From: a virus
Virus record (IMG/VR): IMGVR_UViG_3300050821_006235
Location: 1-64,000 of that record
Reading direction: 5' to 3' (one strand)
DNA: 64,000 bases
The position numbers and the translations under genes were made by a program. Each line of letters starts with the position of its first letter. Within the stretch, counting starts at the first letter, position 1. The notes under the pieces are model-generated. The model ran no database searches. It worked only from the letters and a program-made list of their open reading frames with translations, and was not told where the DNA came from. Shown one piece after another: positions 63,658 to 64,000 of this stretch.

Positions 63658-64000
63658 TCAGCCCACGTTTTGAAGAACCGCCATGGCAACCGGGGCCTTA
63701 TTCACGAAGGCGCCCATTGACTTAATTTCGAATTCACGACGCGGGCCGCCGCCGGAGGTGTTGGCGATGCGGTTGATGCCGTAGTCGAACTGGGCGGTGT
63801 CACGCAGCGACCGGTACTCCAGCACGCTGGAGATGTTCGCCTGCGGGAACGGAACCCGGTCGGTGCGGGCCGCGATGGTGCCCGGGGGCAGCGACACGTG
63901 CACCTCGATGGGGACGGTCACACCACCCGCGGGCGCGTTCACGATCTCGCCGACCCGGCCACCAGCGACCACGCTGATACGGCCGGAAGCGTCGGTGTTC
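63658..64000 (-). CDS. major capsid protein, C-terminal part (truncated by window)
   Basis: VPIEVHVSLPPGTI..EFEIKSMGAFVNKAPVAMAVLQNVG HK97-type ending; upstream of adaptor. Confidence 0.75.
   Translation of the reverse strand, partial: NTDASGRISVVAGGRVGEIVNAPAGGVTVPIEVHVSLPPGTIAARTDRVPFPQANISSVLEYRSLRDTAQFDYGINRIANTSGGGPRREFEIKSMGAFVNKAPVAMAVLQNVG

Larger units (their letters stand above)
1..64000. mobile_element. Temperate actinophage/prophage segment (both ends outside the window)
   Basis: Capsid, tail, tape measure, endolysin, integrase, repressor and antirepressor genes; dense small overlapping ORFs; no host housekeeping genes. Confidence 0.95.

Noticed and set aside
1-64000. tRNA, rRNA or IS transposase genes
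   Set aside because: None recognised by eye; a tRNAscan/Rfam/ISfinder run is needed to exclude them

Overview
High-GC (about 70% by eye) 64 kb segment of a large temperate siphovirus-type phage or prophage of a probably mycelial actinomycete. No host housekeeping genes or att junction are recognisable. (1) 1-7.3 kb: leftward early/recombination operon (HNH, phiC31 gp3/RDF-like protein, PD-(D/E)XK exonuclease, excisionase-type HTH, antirepressor, Cro-like) with two divergent HTH switches. (2) 7.5-10.8 kb: repressor, membrane protein, large serine integrase. (3) 10.9-35 kb: long rightward run of small phage genes containing a HicAB-like pair, GntR, WhiB, what looks like a Streptomyces plasmid/AICE-type conjugation module (Spd-like membrane proteins, FtsK-like TraB, clustered GACCCGGA repeats), and a Xer-like tyrosine recombinase with a dif-like site. 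(4) 35-45.5 kb: regulatory island (two XRE-DUF5753/DUF397 pairs, third DUF397, SAM methyltransferase, GntR, HATPase, APH-like kinase), an SOS-box gene and a ParB-N/Phd operon with repeated cassette junctions. (5) 46-64 kb: leftward late operon (major capsid C-terminus, head-tail proteins, major tail, frameshifted chaperones, tape measure, one large tail hub/LamG protein, lysis genes with GH25 endolysin) plus inserted HNH genes. The main hypothesis is a tailed phage that also spreads by TraB-type conjugation. All family assignments are from motif recognition by eye, not database searches.
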